A stretch of DNA of 64,000 nucleotides from the human T2T-CHM13v2.0 reference genome, Homo sapiens. The DNA lies in NCBI RefSeq assembly GCF_009914755.1, contig NC_060939.1. One strand, 5' to 3'. This document shows, piece after piece, positions 13,491 to 28,900 of the stretch. A program made the translations under genes and the position numbers. The notes under the pieces were generated by a model. It was not told the origin of the DNA and searched no databases. It saw nothing but the letters and a program-made list of their open reading frames with translations. The first letter of the stretch is position 1. Each line of letters starts with the position of its first letter.

Positions 13491-14496
13491 TTAGCTCCCA
13501 TAAGCTCTCAAAACTGATGCTCCTTTCTAGGACAGGGCCCCTCTACAACAAGGAAAGATTGCTGGAAATAAGATTAAAATTTAACAGAAAAAGAGGACAG
13601 TTAAATGGAAGGGGTGAAAAACAGAGCAAAGAAGTTTTAGAAGGCAAGCCACCATACTGATTTTGAATAGTGTTATTGAGGTATAAATAACATACACTAT
13701 ATTATACACATTTAATGTGTAGAATTTGACACATTTTGACATGTGAAACCAAGATCACTCTCAAGAGGGTGAATGTGTCCATCACCCTATAAAGCTTCTT
13801 TGTGCCTCTTTGTGAACCCTCTCTCCTGCCCATCTCTGCTCCTTTTCCAGCAATTATTGTCTGCTTTCTGTGACTGCAGATTCATTTGCAGTTTTCTAGA
13901 GTTTTATCTAAATTAAGACATCAATTTTGTATGCTTTTTTCCTGACTTTTAAAAAAATTCAGTGTAATTGTTTTAAGATTTGTCTGTTGTTGCATGTGCA
14001 TATTATCAATTTGCTCTTTTTTAATGATGTGTAATTCCATTGTGCAGAAATGTCACAATTTGTTTATCTATTCACCTGTTGATGGACATTTATGTTGTTC
14101 CCAGTTTGGGGCTATTACAAATAGAGCTGCTATGAACATTTGTGTATAAGTCTTTGTATGACTATATGCTTTCATGTCTCTTGAGTAAATATCAAGGAGT
14201 AAAATGGCTAGATCATTAGGTAGGTGTATGTTTAAATTTTAAATAAAATGTCAAACTGTTTTCCAAAGTGCTTGTACCATTTTGCATTTCCACCAGCAGT
14301 GTATGAGAGTTCCAGTTCCTACACATCTTTAGCAACACTTGGCATAGTCATTTAATTTTAGCCATTCTAATAGGTTGTCATGGTATCTTATGGCTCCAGT
14401 TTGTATTTCTCTAATGACTAATGCTATTGAGCATCCTTTCATATGCTACTTTACCATCAGTACTTTCTTTGGTGAAGTATCTGTTCAGTCCTTTGA

Positions 14497-14905
<409 letters not shown>

Positions 14906-17900
14906 CTTGTTCTTTCTTAGTGTGGAGTTTTAGGAGTTCATTAAAATTCCTGATGCAAGTCTTTTATCATATATTTTTACCATACACAAAAATAATATAA
15001 GAGAATGTTCTGTGGAGGTAGAGAAACTATGGAAGTATATTAACATGAGTAACATAAAAGTTAAATTCACATTTTATATGAAGTTGCTGAAAGAAAAAGA
15101 AGATTAAGGAGCTGCTAGAACTCTGCCTAATACACCTGACAAACCTCTGTCCTAAAATTATAGGTGTTTGCCATTATTATAAAATCAGAAAATAACTCAA
15201 AAGTCCTGTTGCTGAAGCCTGAGTTTCCATCAGTTGATATTTATTTCTTTGCCTTAATAGTATTTATTGAAAGGCATGTACTAGCAAAAGGATGATATAT
15301 TAACTTACCAACACCTCAATGAACATAATTGTTTGTGATCTTTTGAAATATGATAGAGAACTGAGAGGAACTTCTCAGGGAAATGATCCACTTAATAGAT
15401 GGTTAAGTAGAGGGAAAATAGAGAGGTCCATTTATCATGTGAAAAAATTTTAGAAAAGATTATCTTTGGATGGGAGTGTTGGACTCTTCATAGTGGGAGT
15501 GTTGAAAGCAGCAAAAAATCTAGTTTTCTTCAGGACAGTGAAAGATAGGTCTGAAATGGGAGGAGGTAGGGCAATAATTGCTCATAATTCTACTTGATAC
15601 AATCATGATTTAACTCTTCAGGTGGAAAAATAAATAAGATAAAACAAATGTTTGGCTCTGAGGTAGGTCAGAAATAGCAAAAACTCTGACTGATAAAATG
15701 TTTATGACTCAGGAAAAAAAAAATACAAGGAAGAACGCAGATGGAGAAATGGAAGCCAAAAATGGTATGTAGAGGGTCGGGGGAAGGGATGGCCAGAAAG
15801 AGAGGAGGGAAGAAAAAAGCAACACAGATGATTAAAACAATCTTTTAAAGGTTTGCTCCCTCTTTTTGAAAAATTTAAAAATATTTTCAGCAAACAATAT
15901 TGCATCTCTCCTGGTTCTGTTTTGTTCAGCCTTCCTTTCTGCACTGTTGTCTGCTCTTTGTTTTGTATCCTAGTTTTGCAGGGGGAATTCTGCCTAACCA
16001 GACACCAGGGGAACTGCCAGCAATGTCAATCAGCTGTCATAACTAGGGCCAGGGACCAAAAAAGAACAGCATAAGCCAAAGAGGAAGAAAAAAATAAAAA
16101 AGAGCCAGAGAGAGTGTGTGGGAGTATGTTGGTTGGTGGAGGAGTACAGGAGGAGCTTGCTGGGCTGGGAAAACACATTTTCCCCATTTCTCCTGAGTCA
16201 CTTCGGCTATACTTTTTTCAACTCTGTGGGAAATCAAGAGTAAAAGCTTGGCTTATCAGTGATTTCACTGAGCCAGGATTCAGAATGCTGAAGGGACATC
16301 CTGTACCAAGCTCTGAAACACTGACCTCAATAGAATCCCCACCCCACAGAAAAATATTTGCCTCTTTGTGTGGTAGCCCTGTAAGATATGTAGACTAGCA
16401 CAGGGAGTAGGAAATATTTAGAATCAAATACTGACTTTAAATAAAAGAATGGAAAAAGTAGTGGACCTATTTCTTGCCTGAAATGCGGTATGCCAAAGAC
16501 TTTACCAAGTCCAGTCATTCATTTGTGTTTGGATTAGTCTTGGAAAGGATCATTAGACCTGCATTTCTGCCAAACACAGTTAGGATTTGCTCATGCCAAT
16601 GCCCAAATACAGACCTTGAGTTCAGTGTTGTGTCTACCGGGTGCCTTGTCTAATCCAGAATGGGCTTGCTTGTCGTGCTATTTCCAGACATAACATACAC
16701 CACTGGGACAACTGTAATTAACATGTAGAATACTGAATAACCTTCAGCTAGAGCTATTTTGCCTCAACTGTTTGAGGTCACTAGAATAAGACATCTAGTT
16801 TCATAACCCTAGCAGAGGTCTGATGCCCTCTGTGACATAACTTTTTAAAAACCAAATGAGTTATATGTTCAAGAGCACCAGATTGCGTAAGTAGAAAGTG
16901 TTCAGGTTTGTTCTGTTTATGTATAATTGTTCCAGATACTGGCTCCAATTTGATTCATCCATTATGATTTTGTGATGTGATATTAACCTAGATTTCAGAA
17001 TGCCAATGTTTGATGAAGAATAAAAACTATTATACATGAATTCATAATTATATCATTTTAATAGCTGATATACTAAAGATGATTCAATTCAGCTAAATAA
17101 GAAATTGGACTACATGATCCTTTTATTACTGCTCATAGACATTGGAACTACAATACATATTCTTTGGGTAATCAATGCATTAGAATCAATTATACATTAA
17201 CACTTATGAGGTAAGAGGGTCTTGAGGCCCTTACAAACATGAATGCTATTTCTGATGCCCAGTTTGTCTTTAAAGACTTTGACTTAAGTGAAATATAGAT
17301 AATAAATTCAATAGCCATATGCCTATCTGTACATCATTATTGAAGAACACTCATTTCAACAGAGGTTGGCAGTTACACTCCTTAATGTGTCTCCAGAGCC
17401 ACATCCTTCACATACTTTATCTGAAATATTTTTATCTATTTCTGGACAAAACCGCTTTTGATCCAAATAAAATCTTTTTTTAATTTGTGGCCTCTCATGG
17501 GAAAATTCATGTCTATTTGTGATTATTAGGTTTAGGGCAAGGTTTTTTTTTTAAAACAGCTGCTTTCAGAGAATTCAAAATCAAGCTAGAACAGATCACA
17601 AGGCAAGATGTTTCTCTTAATATACAGTTCATTTTGAACAAAGTTGCAGTCAATATATGCACCATAACAGGAAATTGTGTGCATGCAATAATATTTTTAC
17701 AGTGAGTAACATCTTGTCATTTGTCAACACATTTGTCTTTTATATCCCCCTGCAGCTAAATTTGGTGGAAAAAGCCTATATAAAAAGACATCTATGTATT
17801 CCTGTATTTCTAGTGCTCATCTCTGAAAGGCCAAAGCACTTGACAAGCTGGCTATTTTAACACAAAATGATACAAAGGGATAAGGAGCACATACAAAGGG

Positions 17901-17962
17901 AGAATATCAGCTTTTTTGTTACACTCCAGGCTTCTCTGAAACTGTAAATTTGTCAGCAGACC

Positions 17963-17975
17963 AGGTCAAGGGTCA
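17963..17975 (+). promoter_or_regulatory. DR1 nuclear-receptor element motif AGGTCA-A-GGGTCA
   Basis: Exact RGGTCA-N-RGGTCA match in unique sequence; function not shown. Confidence 0.35.
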
Positions 17976-20900
17976 ATATGAAAAAGCGTAGCCTGCAGAG
18001 TTACAGTGATGTCCAAGATTCATCACTTTACTCCAACTTTTGAATTGTATGTCTTAAGGTGAATATATTTTTTAATAAATCATATTCACTTTCTTTGCAA
18101 GAATTCAATGCATGTTTGATATTCAGAACCCAATTCTGTTACTTGGTGTGCTGAATTCACAAAGTAGACACACAAAAAAGGGTAGGGAGTGGTGGTCAGG
18201 AAAAATTATCATAGAAAATATATGGAAGCAGGAAAGTAGAGAAATTCCTTATTGATTGAGTGATAGATCCTTACTCTGTAGTAAGGTCACACAGAAGTAA
18301 CAGATAAAATTAACTGAACCCATAACTTAAATTTGGATAAAAATATTTGGATAAAAAAGGAAAAAACATAACTGTTTAAGATTTGAATTATTTTTAGCAC
18401 TCACCAATTAAAGCACATAGACACATATATTTGTGCCTGTGTGAACACATACACACACACCCCATTAACTTTTATATGCCTAAAGTTATAAAAATTCTGT
18501 GCCTTAATAATTTTGCCATATTTCTCCAAGGTTGAATTTTTTACCTCTCTTGTCATTCCATAAAATATCTGGAAAATTTTCCACAAGCCTTCCCGGAGAC
18601 CAGATAAAAATGCCCTTTTGCTGTTCCCTATCACCTTCCCATTTCCTGTGCACACCTACTTCTTGGACAGCTGCATTTAATGTTAGGTTCATGTCCTGAC
18701 TCAAAGAACTATGACTTACAAAGAGAGGAAAGTTTTGAAGTGAGAGCTTTTATCTGCACTCTTAGACAAGAAAAGTCTTTTTCTTTGGAGTGTTGAGTAA
18801 GATGCTGGCAGGTCAGCCTCCAACTGCAGAATGGGAGAATATGATTCACTCTTAAATTTCTTTGCATGTTTTTGGAGTGAACATTTAAAGTACATTCTTT
18901 TCAGAAATGCATTCCCTCCATATGAACAGAAATTAGGAAGAAAAACAATGTTTTACCTTATTCTAAGAGACAAGTTAACAACAGCATCTTTGATGAATGC
19001 TCAGAATATCCCTAGCGTATTTGACCTTAAAATTTCTGGGATTTTCTGTAAGATAATATTGATCGAAGGGGACTATATGTTAAAATTTTAGCATTTCCCC
19101 GTAACACTTGTCATTTCCAGTTGAATATGTTCTCCAGAGGTGGAAGTTCTTGGAATAAGTTAAATTCAACCTAGCAACCAAACTATGTGACAGGGTCAGT
19201 GTGTTGTGTGGCGAGGGTAGGGGGAACTCTGTTTAGAGCCACTCGAAGTTTTCCAGTTTTCCCTAGCTTAACTGTTATCTTCATTTCTCTTCAGCTGTCT
19301 CTTGGGCTTTGATGTTCTATGTTATATTGCCTTTTGAGTACATACAGCAGGACCTGAAGTTCATGGTTAATATTAACAAGGTGAACACTCTGTTGGCAAG
19401 GCACTCCACAGTAAATTCCTCGAGTCCACAGAGACAAATGGCATTCAAAGGACAGTTCTGTAGATAGAAGGTCAGTTTCTGCTCAGCCACCTAATCAAGC
19501 ATAGGAAATTATTCAGATCCTTGCTTATGTTCTTTAGGCCACAACTTGTAAGTAATTCGTGAGGTTCTTCATAACTTTTTCTCATTTATTTGTGGGAAAA
19601 TTTCTGAAAGACAAGTAAAAAGCATATTTGTCTCTTTTCCATAGCAGTTAAAGAAATATTGTTGCTCATATTGTGGTTTTATCATTAGTAGAATAATCTA
19701 TTATAAAATTCCACATTAGAGTGTAGTTTTTTAAATTTAGAAAATACTAGTTATATTTGTGTCTTTTATAACTGATGCAGTGCTTTGTGTACAATAGGTG
19801 CTCCGTACATTTTTTTAAAAAAACCTTAATAGTACATATTAAGTTTTCTCTGACAGTTTTCCTAGAAGGCTCTCAAAGTATTTTAACAAAACAGAATGTT
19901 ACCAAAAACTCTATGAATAATAGATCAATAGTAACCCCATTTAACGGGGGAGGAAATTGAGATACAGTATGTCCAGATGATTTCAACAGGGCCATAATAC
20001 AGAAAGAAACTAATAAATTCTAGATGTATTACATGATTTTTACCTAGAGCCACATATAGTTTGACTAATGTAGCCTCATCTGGCATGTCCATATGGATAT
20101 GCGGGAAAGAAGAGGAGAGATAGGTGAAAGACATTGAGAAAAACCTAGAATAACTAATCTAATTTAATTATCTTCAGGAATTCAATCCAGATTTATATTT
20201 GGCAGCTACTACAAGATCTGTACCCCATTGCATTTTATAGGATATGCAAAAAAGGGTTAAAACATACTCTGGGCCTTCTGAAATTTAATAAACATTGTCT
20301 CCAGAAGCTGTCTTCAAATGTAAACCTAATTAGCCAAAGGAGGTAGTGAATTAATGTATCAGAACTGTCTAAATACTTACCATTTTATCAGCAGACACCA
20401 AGGTCCTAAGGTAAAAGGACTTGGAAAGATAAATAATGGTGGTGGAAAATGGTGAAGTCAAAAGCACTGGGCACTGTCCAGGAAAAAAGTGCTGAGGGTG
20501 GAGATGGGGGGGATGAAAGGGAGGATTCCTGGTCTGAAGAGGTAGCATGGGGATTCTGAGAACCTACCTTTGGAGAGGACACTGAAACAGAGCTCGGCTT
20601 CACAATGTAGCCTAGATTCGGTCCTGGGCAGTGTTATGATAATGATGGAGGATTGATGGGAGGACTGGTACCCAGGTATGGGAGGGGGAATGTGATGCTT
20701 CAGAGTCTCTGTGACCTTCTTGAAGAAACAGGAAATTAGTGATTCTTCAGAAAATAATCTGTTTGCAAGAACCAAAGTCTCTAAAAGTGTTATTCTTGAC
20801 ATGTTCACCTGACTACGGACAGTGTGTGTTGACTGACCAGTGGAAATTTTCAGTCTTCAAATAGATGTGCTCCTCTTTTCAAACCTGAACATGACATTAG

Positions 20901-21439
20901 CAAAATCAATTCTAACCATAGCCAGTCCATTCTCCAATCAGATTTACTTAGGAATCTCATTATAAAGCCAAACTTCTTTTGTAAATGTTTTATTTTAAAT
21001 CATAGCACCATACTATTGTATAAGCAATAATTGTTTAACTGATTTTTTAAGCAAACTACCGTATTAAATATACAAATGTAAGAGTGTAAAGGCATGGAAT
21101 AACAATATTATTTCAAGTTATATTTAAAGTGAGATTGCTCTGATAAGTCAATACACTAGGAGCTAGGCTGTATTGGAGACCCCGATGATTACTTCTTTAT
21201 ATTCAATTAGTGCATGTTTGAAAAGCTGCTAAGAGTAATCTGATTTTAGTTAACTGTTCTTAAATCTGGTTTGAACTTGGCCTGCTAGTCCTTTGACAGA
21301 TCTGTGGGGTGAAAAGAATAATGGACTAGTTTGAACTTGCTCTTAATGCTTGGGTTTGGGTGGTTCTAGAATTAGACAGATGGCCAGATGGAATTAATGG
21401 GAAAATATTCAAGCCCAGGATGTGAGTTTTAATTGAAAA

Positions 21440-22230
<791 letters not shown>

Positions 22231-25170
22231 TATAGAGTTTGAAATGGGGCTCCCAGAGTTGGTGCAACAGAGTAGGAAACAACGAGAAGACAAGTTAAAA
22301 ATAAAAATGAAAATGGCAGCAGAGATAAAAATTGATAAAATTTTGTATCAACAAGAATTGGAGTCAGCCACTCTTAAACTCCTGGGCACGAGTATTTATT
22401 TCCTCCCCTTTGCCGGCGTGGAAGAGGGCGCACTATGGGAATTTCACCTCCTCCCTAAGGCATTTCCTGACTAGTTGTTTCTCACTGATGCCCTTAAACT
22501 ATAAACCTCTACGTTACTTGAAACTTGTACCTCACTGAGCTCTTGCTAGTATACTAGCTTTACTTTTTCTGGTGTTGTGTTATACAGATAAATGATAAAA
22601 ATATGCATATACATATAGCTCTTTCAGCTTAGGCTTCATGTTTTTTTTTACTTTATAGCCCACCTGCTTCCAAGAGTATATGGGGCAGCAATTCATCTGA
22701 AGATTGGGCTACTCAAAGGCTATATATGCCTCTTTTTCACTCTTCAGCATCTATTATTATTTGCAAAATTAGAAAATTGTGCTGGATGAGCTCTCAAATG
22801 CCTTCTAGCCCGAACAGTCTCTGATCCCATGGTCTAAGATATAACCTATCCCAAGTAAATGTAAAACTTTGTGACAAATCACAACCACGGGGAGTTTGTG
22901 ACAATTTTTAGCCTGCAGGTGTTGCTGTGGTGTAAGAAGAATTAGGAGATGGTAAGGAACCCATCAAACAATAGCGATAAAAAAGATGTTTTTAAGGATT
23001 CTGTTTACATCCCACAGGCAGGAGCAGGTTTCCCCTGCTCCAGCACCTCTCTGTGAAAGGACTGGGGTTGGTTTCCCGAACAGGGCAAAAAGCAGAGGGT
23101 GTGTGTTCTCGCCAGCTGGACCTCGATATCTGAAAGGATGTCCTGTTTACATTTGGCACCAGAGCTTAGTGATTGCACTGCCTGAGTGCCCAGAGAATGA
23201 GATAAAACTCAAAATAAATTTTCACACAAGTTTAAAAAATAACACTCTGCTGACCCTGTCATCATACCACCTGGGATTAGTTTACCAAAGGCCTGTGTTT
23301 CAAAAGAATGCTTACTAAGGAGGGTGAGGCCGTGGTATCCACGGAATGCATTTTTTTTTTTTTTTGGTGGCTAGGAGGATTTTCTTCATCCTTTCTCTTT
23401 TTCTTCCCCTTATTTTTTCTTCCCCAACACCCATCTTTTTTTTTTTTTTTAACATAGAGAAAAGGGAGAGGCAGAAGCTTGGCTGAGAGCCAGACTCATT
23501 TCATGAAGTGACCTGTGTAGGTAACTGAACGCTACACCATATACTAAGCATTCAGTATAAAGAAAATTAAGCAAGTCTATTTTAAAGCCTGAAAAGTTTA
23601 TTTTTTCTTTTTTTAATGAAATAATTTCATTTATGAGGAGGTGTAGGATGTGGTGGCGAGGATCCAGAACAAAGAAGAAAAAGGAATGGGAAACTGGAAA
23701 ATAAAATTTGCAGGTGAAAAATCATCATGGGAGACAAAAACTCTTAAACACCAGAGTTTGTTAGTCTCGGCAGCTGGAGTGCTGTGAGAGTTGGACTACT
23801 GGTTCACTGCAGATTTTTGTTAAGCAAACATTCTCTTATGATGCCTACTCAAAGGCCTCTTGTCCTTTCTGACAGCTCGCCTCTCTGACCCCCTGAACTG
23901 GTTACAGTTAACACTAAATATTGCCATCTTTTATTGTTGGCTACCATTCTGCCTTAAATTCTTCCATGCATGAAATGTATAGGGAACTATATATACGGAG
24001 ATGGCTTCAAGTGTATAAATTGTCTCCCCAATGAAATTGGAAGCTTCCTCAAGGTAAGTCACCACAGAATTCCATATTTTAGGCATTATGGTACCTACAC
24101 AGAAATTAATCAAGGAAGACCAAAACAACCTAGAGGTTTCTAACTTTTAGTCTTCCCCCTCCCCCGAAAACGTGTACATTTTATGATTTCTTTGTTTATT
24201 CTACACTGCATGTACAAAACAAGCTTTGGATACCAAATTGTGTGTATTTCAGGATGCCAGCATTGCTTTTGCAATAAGTGGAACCAGAATTAGCAATTGA
24301 ATAGCCAAGTAAATGAAGACCAGGTACTCAAAACCCACCATTTATCATGGGTTTGCAAGACAACTGCGTTTATTTCACTCTACGTGTGAGAGAACATGCC
24401 TAGCAATCAGGTCAGCACTATGAACATTGCACTGTATTTATCTTTAGTCCCTAAACATTGTGTGTAATCAAGGAAGTGAGATGGAGTAATAAAAAACCAT
24501 TATAGAGTTCTGAAAGCCCTCAATTTCATATTTACATCTTGGAACCAGCTCATTCTGACTTCATAACTCCTTAATTAGAGGCACAGTCGTTTTCTTTTCT
24601 GTAGGGCATTTTTTTCACCCTCACAATACAAGCATACATTTGGTAACTAATACCAGCAATTAGCCTCATCTGCTATGTAAATGAGTGTAATTGCAATTAA
24701 ATACTTTAGTAGGCCCAAAGGGAAAACATGCAATCATTACAAAGTAGAAGAGCATGGTTAAGGGACATTTTGAAGTGTTAGCAGAAGTGCTTTTCCCTGT
24801 GGTGTCAGGAGCCTTTTCTATGGTGAATTATTTCACTGGGAGCCCTGGAACTTGACTTGCATTTCTTGTTCTATTTTCCTACAGAGATCAGAAGAAAACT
24901 GCCCTTTTCAGCATTTCTAAGGGTTGATTGGTTTTGGTAACAATTGGTTTGGAGAATTGGTTTCTCTTCATTGTAGATCCAGGGCTTAAAAATGTTAGCT
25001 TTCAGCTGTGTTTGGTGTACAAGTTGGAGAAACAACGCTATTCGCCAAAAAGATATTTTTTAGTATCAATAATTGCTGATTAGTAGATCTTGAGGTAGAG
25101 AACTGTTGGAAGAACATAATACACATAAGAGAGAGAGATGCCCTACTAGGGAGTCAAGCAGTACTGGTAC

Positions 25171-25769
25171 TGTTATCAGAAAGGGCTCTAGATCTAGACC
25201 CCAAGAGAGGGTTCTTGGATCTTGCACAAGAAAGAATTTGGGGTGAGTCCATAAAGTGAAAGCAAGTTTGTTAAGAAAGTAAAGGAATGAAAGAATGGCT
25301 ACTCCATAGGCAGAACAGTAGCATGGGCTGCTGGTTGCCTTTTTTTTTTGGTTATTTCTTGATTATATGCTAAACAAGGGGTGCATTTTTCATGAGTTTT
25401 CTGGGAAGGGGATGGCAATTCCTGGAACTGAGGGTTCCTCCCCTTGTTATACCATATAGGGTAAATTCCTGATGTTGCCATGGCATTTGTAAACTGTCAT
25501 GGTGCTGTTGGGAGTGTAGCAGTGAGGACGACCAGAGGTCACTCTCATTGCCATCTTGGTTATGGTAGGTTTTAGCCAGTGTCTTTACTGCAACCTGTTT
25601 TATCAGCAAGGTCTTTATGACCTGTACCTTGTGCTGACCTCCTATCTCATCCTGTGACTTAGAATGCCTAATCATCTAGGAATGCAGCCCCGTAGGTTTC
25701 AGCCTCATTTTCTCCAGCCCCTATTCAAGATGGAGCTGCTCTGGTGCTCTGGTTCAAACACCTCTGACA
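25171..25769 (-). mobile_element. MER41 (MER41B-like) ERV1 solo LTR
   Basis: Minus strand reads TGTCAGAGGTGTTTGAACCAGAGC...CCATCTTGAATAGGGGCTGG...TCACAGGATGAGATAGGAGGTC...; TG..CA ends; perfect 4-bp TSD GTAC (25167-25170, 25770-25773). Confidence 0.93.
25399..25427. promoter_or_regulatory. Tandem GAS (STAT1) motifs within MER41: TTCTGGGAA and TTCCTGGAA
   Basis: Two TTCN3GAA matches at 25399-25407 and 25419-25427, where MER41B carries its GAS pair. Confidence 0.65.
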
Positions 25770-25774
25770 GTACT

Positions 25775-25990
25775 GGCCAGTGGCATATAGTGGCTTAGAG
25801 CTCAGACTTCGGAGCTAGCCCTCAATAGCTGCACGCACCTGGGCAAGTCATGTACCTATTTTCCCCATTTGTAAAATGGGGAGACATAGTATGTATCTCA
25901 TAGTGTTGCCTTAAGGATGAATTTTGTTCATGCACATGAAGCATTGAGAATACAGTCTGGCAAAAAGTAAATACTTGATAAATGTATGTT
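25775..25990 (+). mobile_element. MIR
   Basis: gtggcttagagctcagacttcggagc...cctgggcaagtca...ccatttgtaaaatggggagacatagta. Confidence 0.8.
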
Positions 25991-28900
25991 GAAAGAGCTC
26001 TACACCTTTCATTTCTTCATGCAGATTTCCTCTCTGAATAATCCAAACTTCAAAGCAATGCACCTAAATGGAATCCTTTTGGTATCTAGGAAGCTTACTA
26101 TAGATTATGCCATAAGACTTCTTCGAGGAGCATGATCCCAATGATATTCACTATTATAGACATACATTTACCTAGGGATAAGTCACATGGTAATGCAGGA
26201 ACTTCTTACTGAGAATCCAGATAAAAACTGATTCGTTTTTATCAATGGATAGTGAATATGTAACAAATCATTTTTCTTTCTTTGCCTTGGCTGCTAGGAA
26301 TCTCAGAGGTAAACTTGTAGCCAACATATCTCTAGTTATCTATACAGGACTCTAGTGCATTTGGGATAATATCACAGGCTTTTGTTTCTCCTTCCTTTCA
26401 TAAACAACTATTTCCTTATTTGTAAAAATGCTGTGCTATATGCATCTTGTGAATCCCCTCAAATACTCTTATGTAACTGTGTCTCATTGAATGAGTCCCT
26501 TTGCCTCTTTGAGACAGAGTTCCTTCATCTGTAAAATGTAAAGTTAGGTCTGTGACCTTTACAATTTCTTCCAGCTTCATAAATAAGTTTTTGTTGTTGT
26601 TGGAAATGATAGCCTGGTTTAATGAAGGGAAGAGTTGTCAGAAAACAAATGATGCATAATCTCATTATCAGAGCCAAAGGATGTAGAAGAATCTTTCAGA
26701 CCTCCTCACTTTGGATATTTCTACTTTTTCTTTCACTATAAATTACCTCAAATACTTTCGGCCAATATAAGCATTTAAAGACATGATCATGAATATTGGT
26801 TCCTTCCAAGCAGTGAATGAAAAGGCAGAAGGCTTAGTTCCTGGCCAGTGGAGGTGGGCAAAGCATTTTAGTAGTTTCCGCATAGTTTCTCCTATATCCT
26901 ATTCAAGGAAAAGGGAACAGTGGAATCTCCAAGAATAAAAATAATAAGGAAAGACCATAAACCTCTTTTGCCACTTTTGATAGAAGGGAAAAATCTAGAG
27001 TTCTTATCTTCCTGTCTTGTTCACCTACCACTTAAGAGTTAGAAGGGGAGCTTCAAAGGCTTAGCACTGTCCACCCTATTGAACTATGTTATCAGAGAAA
27101 AGGCTGCCAGATGTTTAGCAATCAAACTTGGTGCAGAACATAACTTTAATGGAAAACAGAAGGGTGTTCTGTTTTCCTCCCACTGTGCTATCTGTCTGAG
27201 AGACTTTCAGGAGCCCCCTTTTCTTACCCTCTTTGAAAAGCATACGTATGCTTTCCGAAGTGCTATAATTTGACCCAATTGATATAATAATAAGATGAAT
27301 CTTTACATACACTCCGGAAACAAGTAACTTTGCATCCTTGGGGATGAAGTTTATAAAGCCTGCATTTTCTAGAGTTGAAAACCACCTTGAGAGCAATTAA
27401 TCAAACACAAATAGGAACATTTGGTATTAAAACTGCCCCAAAGGAGTCAAATCCTGTTTTCTGTATTTATATCTGGTCAGTTCCCATGGGACCTCAGATT
27501 CAACGTTATTATTTTTTTTTCTTTTTGTAAAAATGTAGTAACTTTCTAATGGGCTAAGGGGGGTAAGCATGTAGCAAATATATTTCTTAGGAAAAAAGAC
27601 AAATTTAATTCTCTTTTCATTAAGATGACTTTAAAAAATAAAAAGAAATACCCATTCTTTTTAGACAAGATTGGAAAAGAGATGGTTTTGATAGATAATC
27701 ACTTTGGATCACTTTGACAATGAGGATGAAACTGTCTCAAGCTCTAAGATACCTCAAATGATTATGGTGTAAAGGCTCCTCATGGCTCCAGAGAACAGAG
27801 GTGTTTATTCAAAACATGTATTTGCTTAAGGTGGGACTGCCTTATTTTTAAAGAGTTTGTTCCATACCCAAAAATTTATTCTTACAAACTTATCTCATGG
27901 TAAAGTGCTCATCTGTAGGTTGTAAAGATCTCTATGACATCTGGCTCCAGTGGGGCCATGAATAAGGGTAATGAAAGTTTGATTTTAGTGGCTACTTCCT
28001 CTAGAAGCTATCCATTCTGGCCCTCTCTTAAAAAAAAAAAAACAACAAAAAGACAAAATACAGTAAATGGAAATTCAAATGTAAAATAGATTTGTAGATT
28101 TTCTGTTTCTTTTTATTTTGTTAAAATTTAATCTTCAATTCCAGTGAAGCCAGAAAGTAGAAATTCTGATATAATTGCAGTTAGTAGAATAGTTTGGTTG
28201 AGTCAATGTTATTCTATTATTTGAGACATAGTTTCTGCCTCATCTTAGGTCTTTTGATGCTATCTTTCATCAACCTGCCTTTCTTATTTTCCATTAAATT
28301 CCCAGTGTTTGGTATGCAGAAGATACTCAAAAATAGGCCATGGATTCGGGGTTGGATGCTACACAATTATCTATCGGGAAGTTTTCTTTCCTGGCCCTGC
28401 AGGCATCCTCTGCATGCCCAAACTTGATTGACAAATGGTGTTTAGAAAGGGAAATTGTTCAGAAGGTAATAAAAATATCTTTGTTTATAGTCTGACTGCA
28501 AAACAAAGTGAGAAAACTCTAGGCCCAGTTTCTAGTTCTCTGGTCCAGAGACAGTGCTGAGCCTCACTTGGTTTCCAGTTTGCCCCTCAAGAGGCAAGTT
28601 TAGGCTCTTGAGAGGAGGCTCACTATCCAGATGATTTGGGCCTCCTTTCCTCTCCATTTCCTTTGATAACAATGCATTTCCCTTGATCCATGGACTGCAA
28701 GGGCCGTTAGAACAGGAGCAGGATCTGGGTAAATAAACCTTGGGCTGATCTCTTTTCTCAAATTCATGGCCATGTTCCCAATTAAACAAAAGATCCTAGA
28801 TCAGATTCCAGTGGGTATCCCCTATTTTAGACACTCACAGAAGGACTTAAATTTTAGAGATAATGTTTAATATTAAATATGTTTGTTACTTTCGAATGAT

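Noticed and set aside
25299-25675. 60-aa and 101-aa minus-strand ORFs
   Set aside because: They lie wholly within the MER41 LTR, with no retroviral protein similarity
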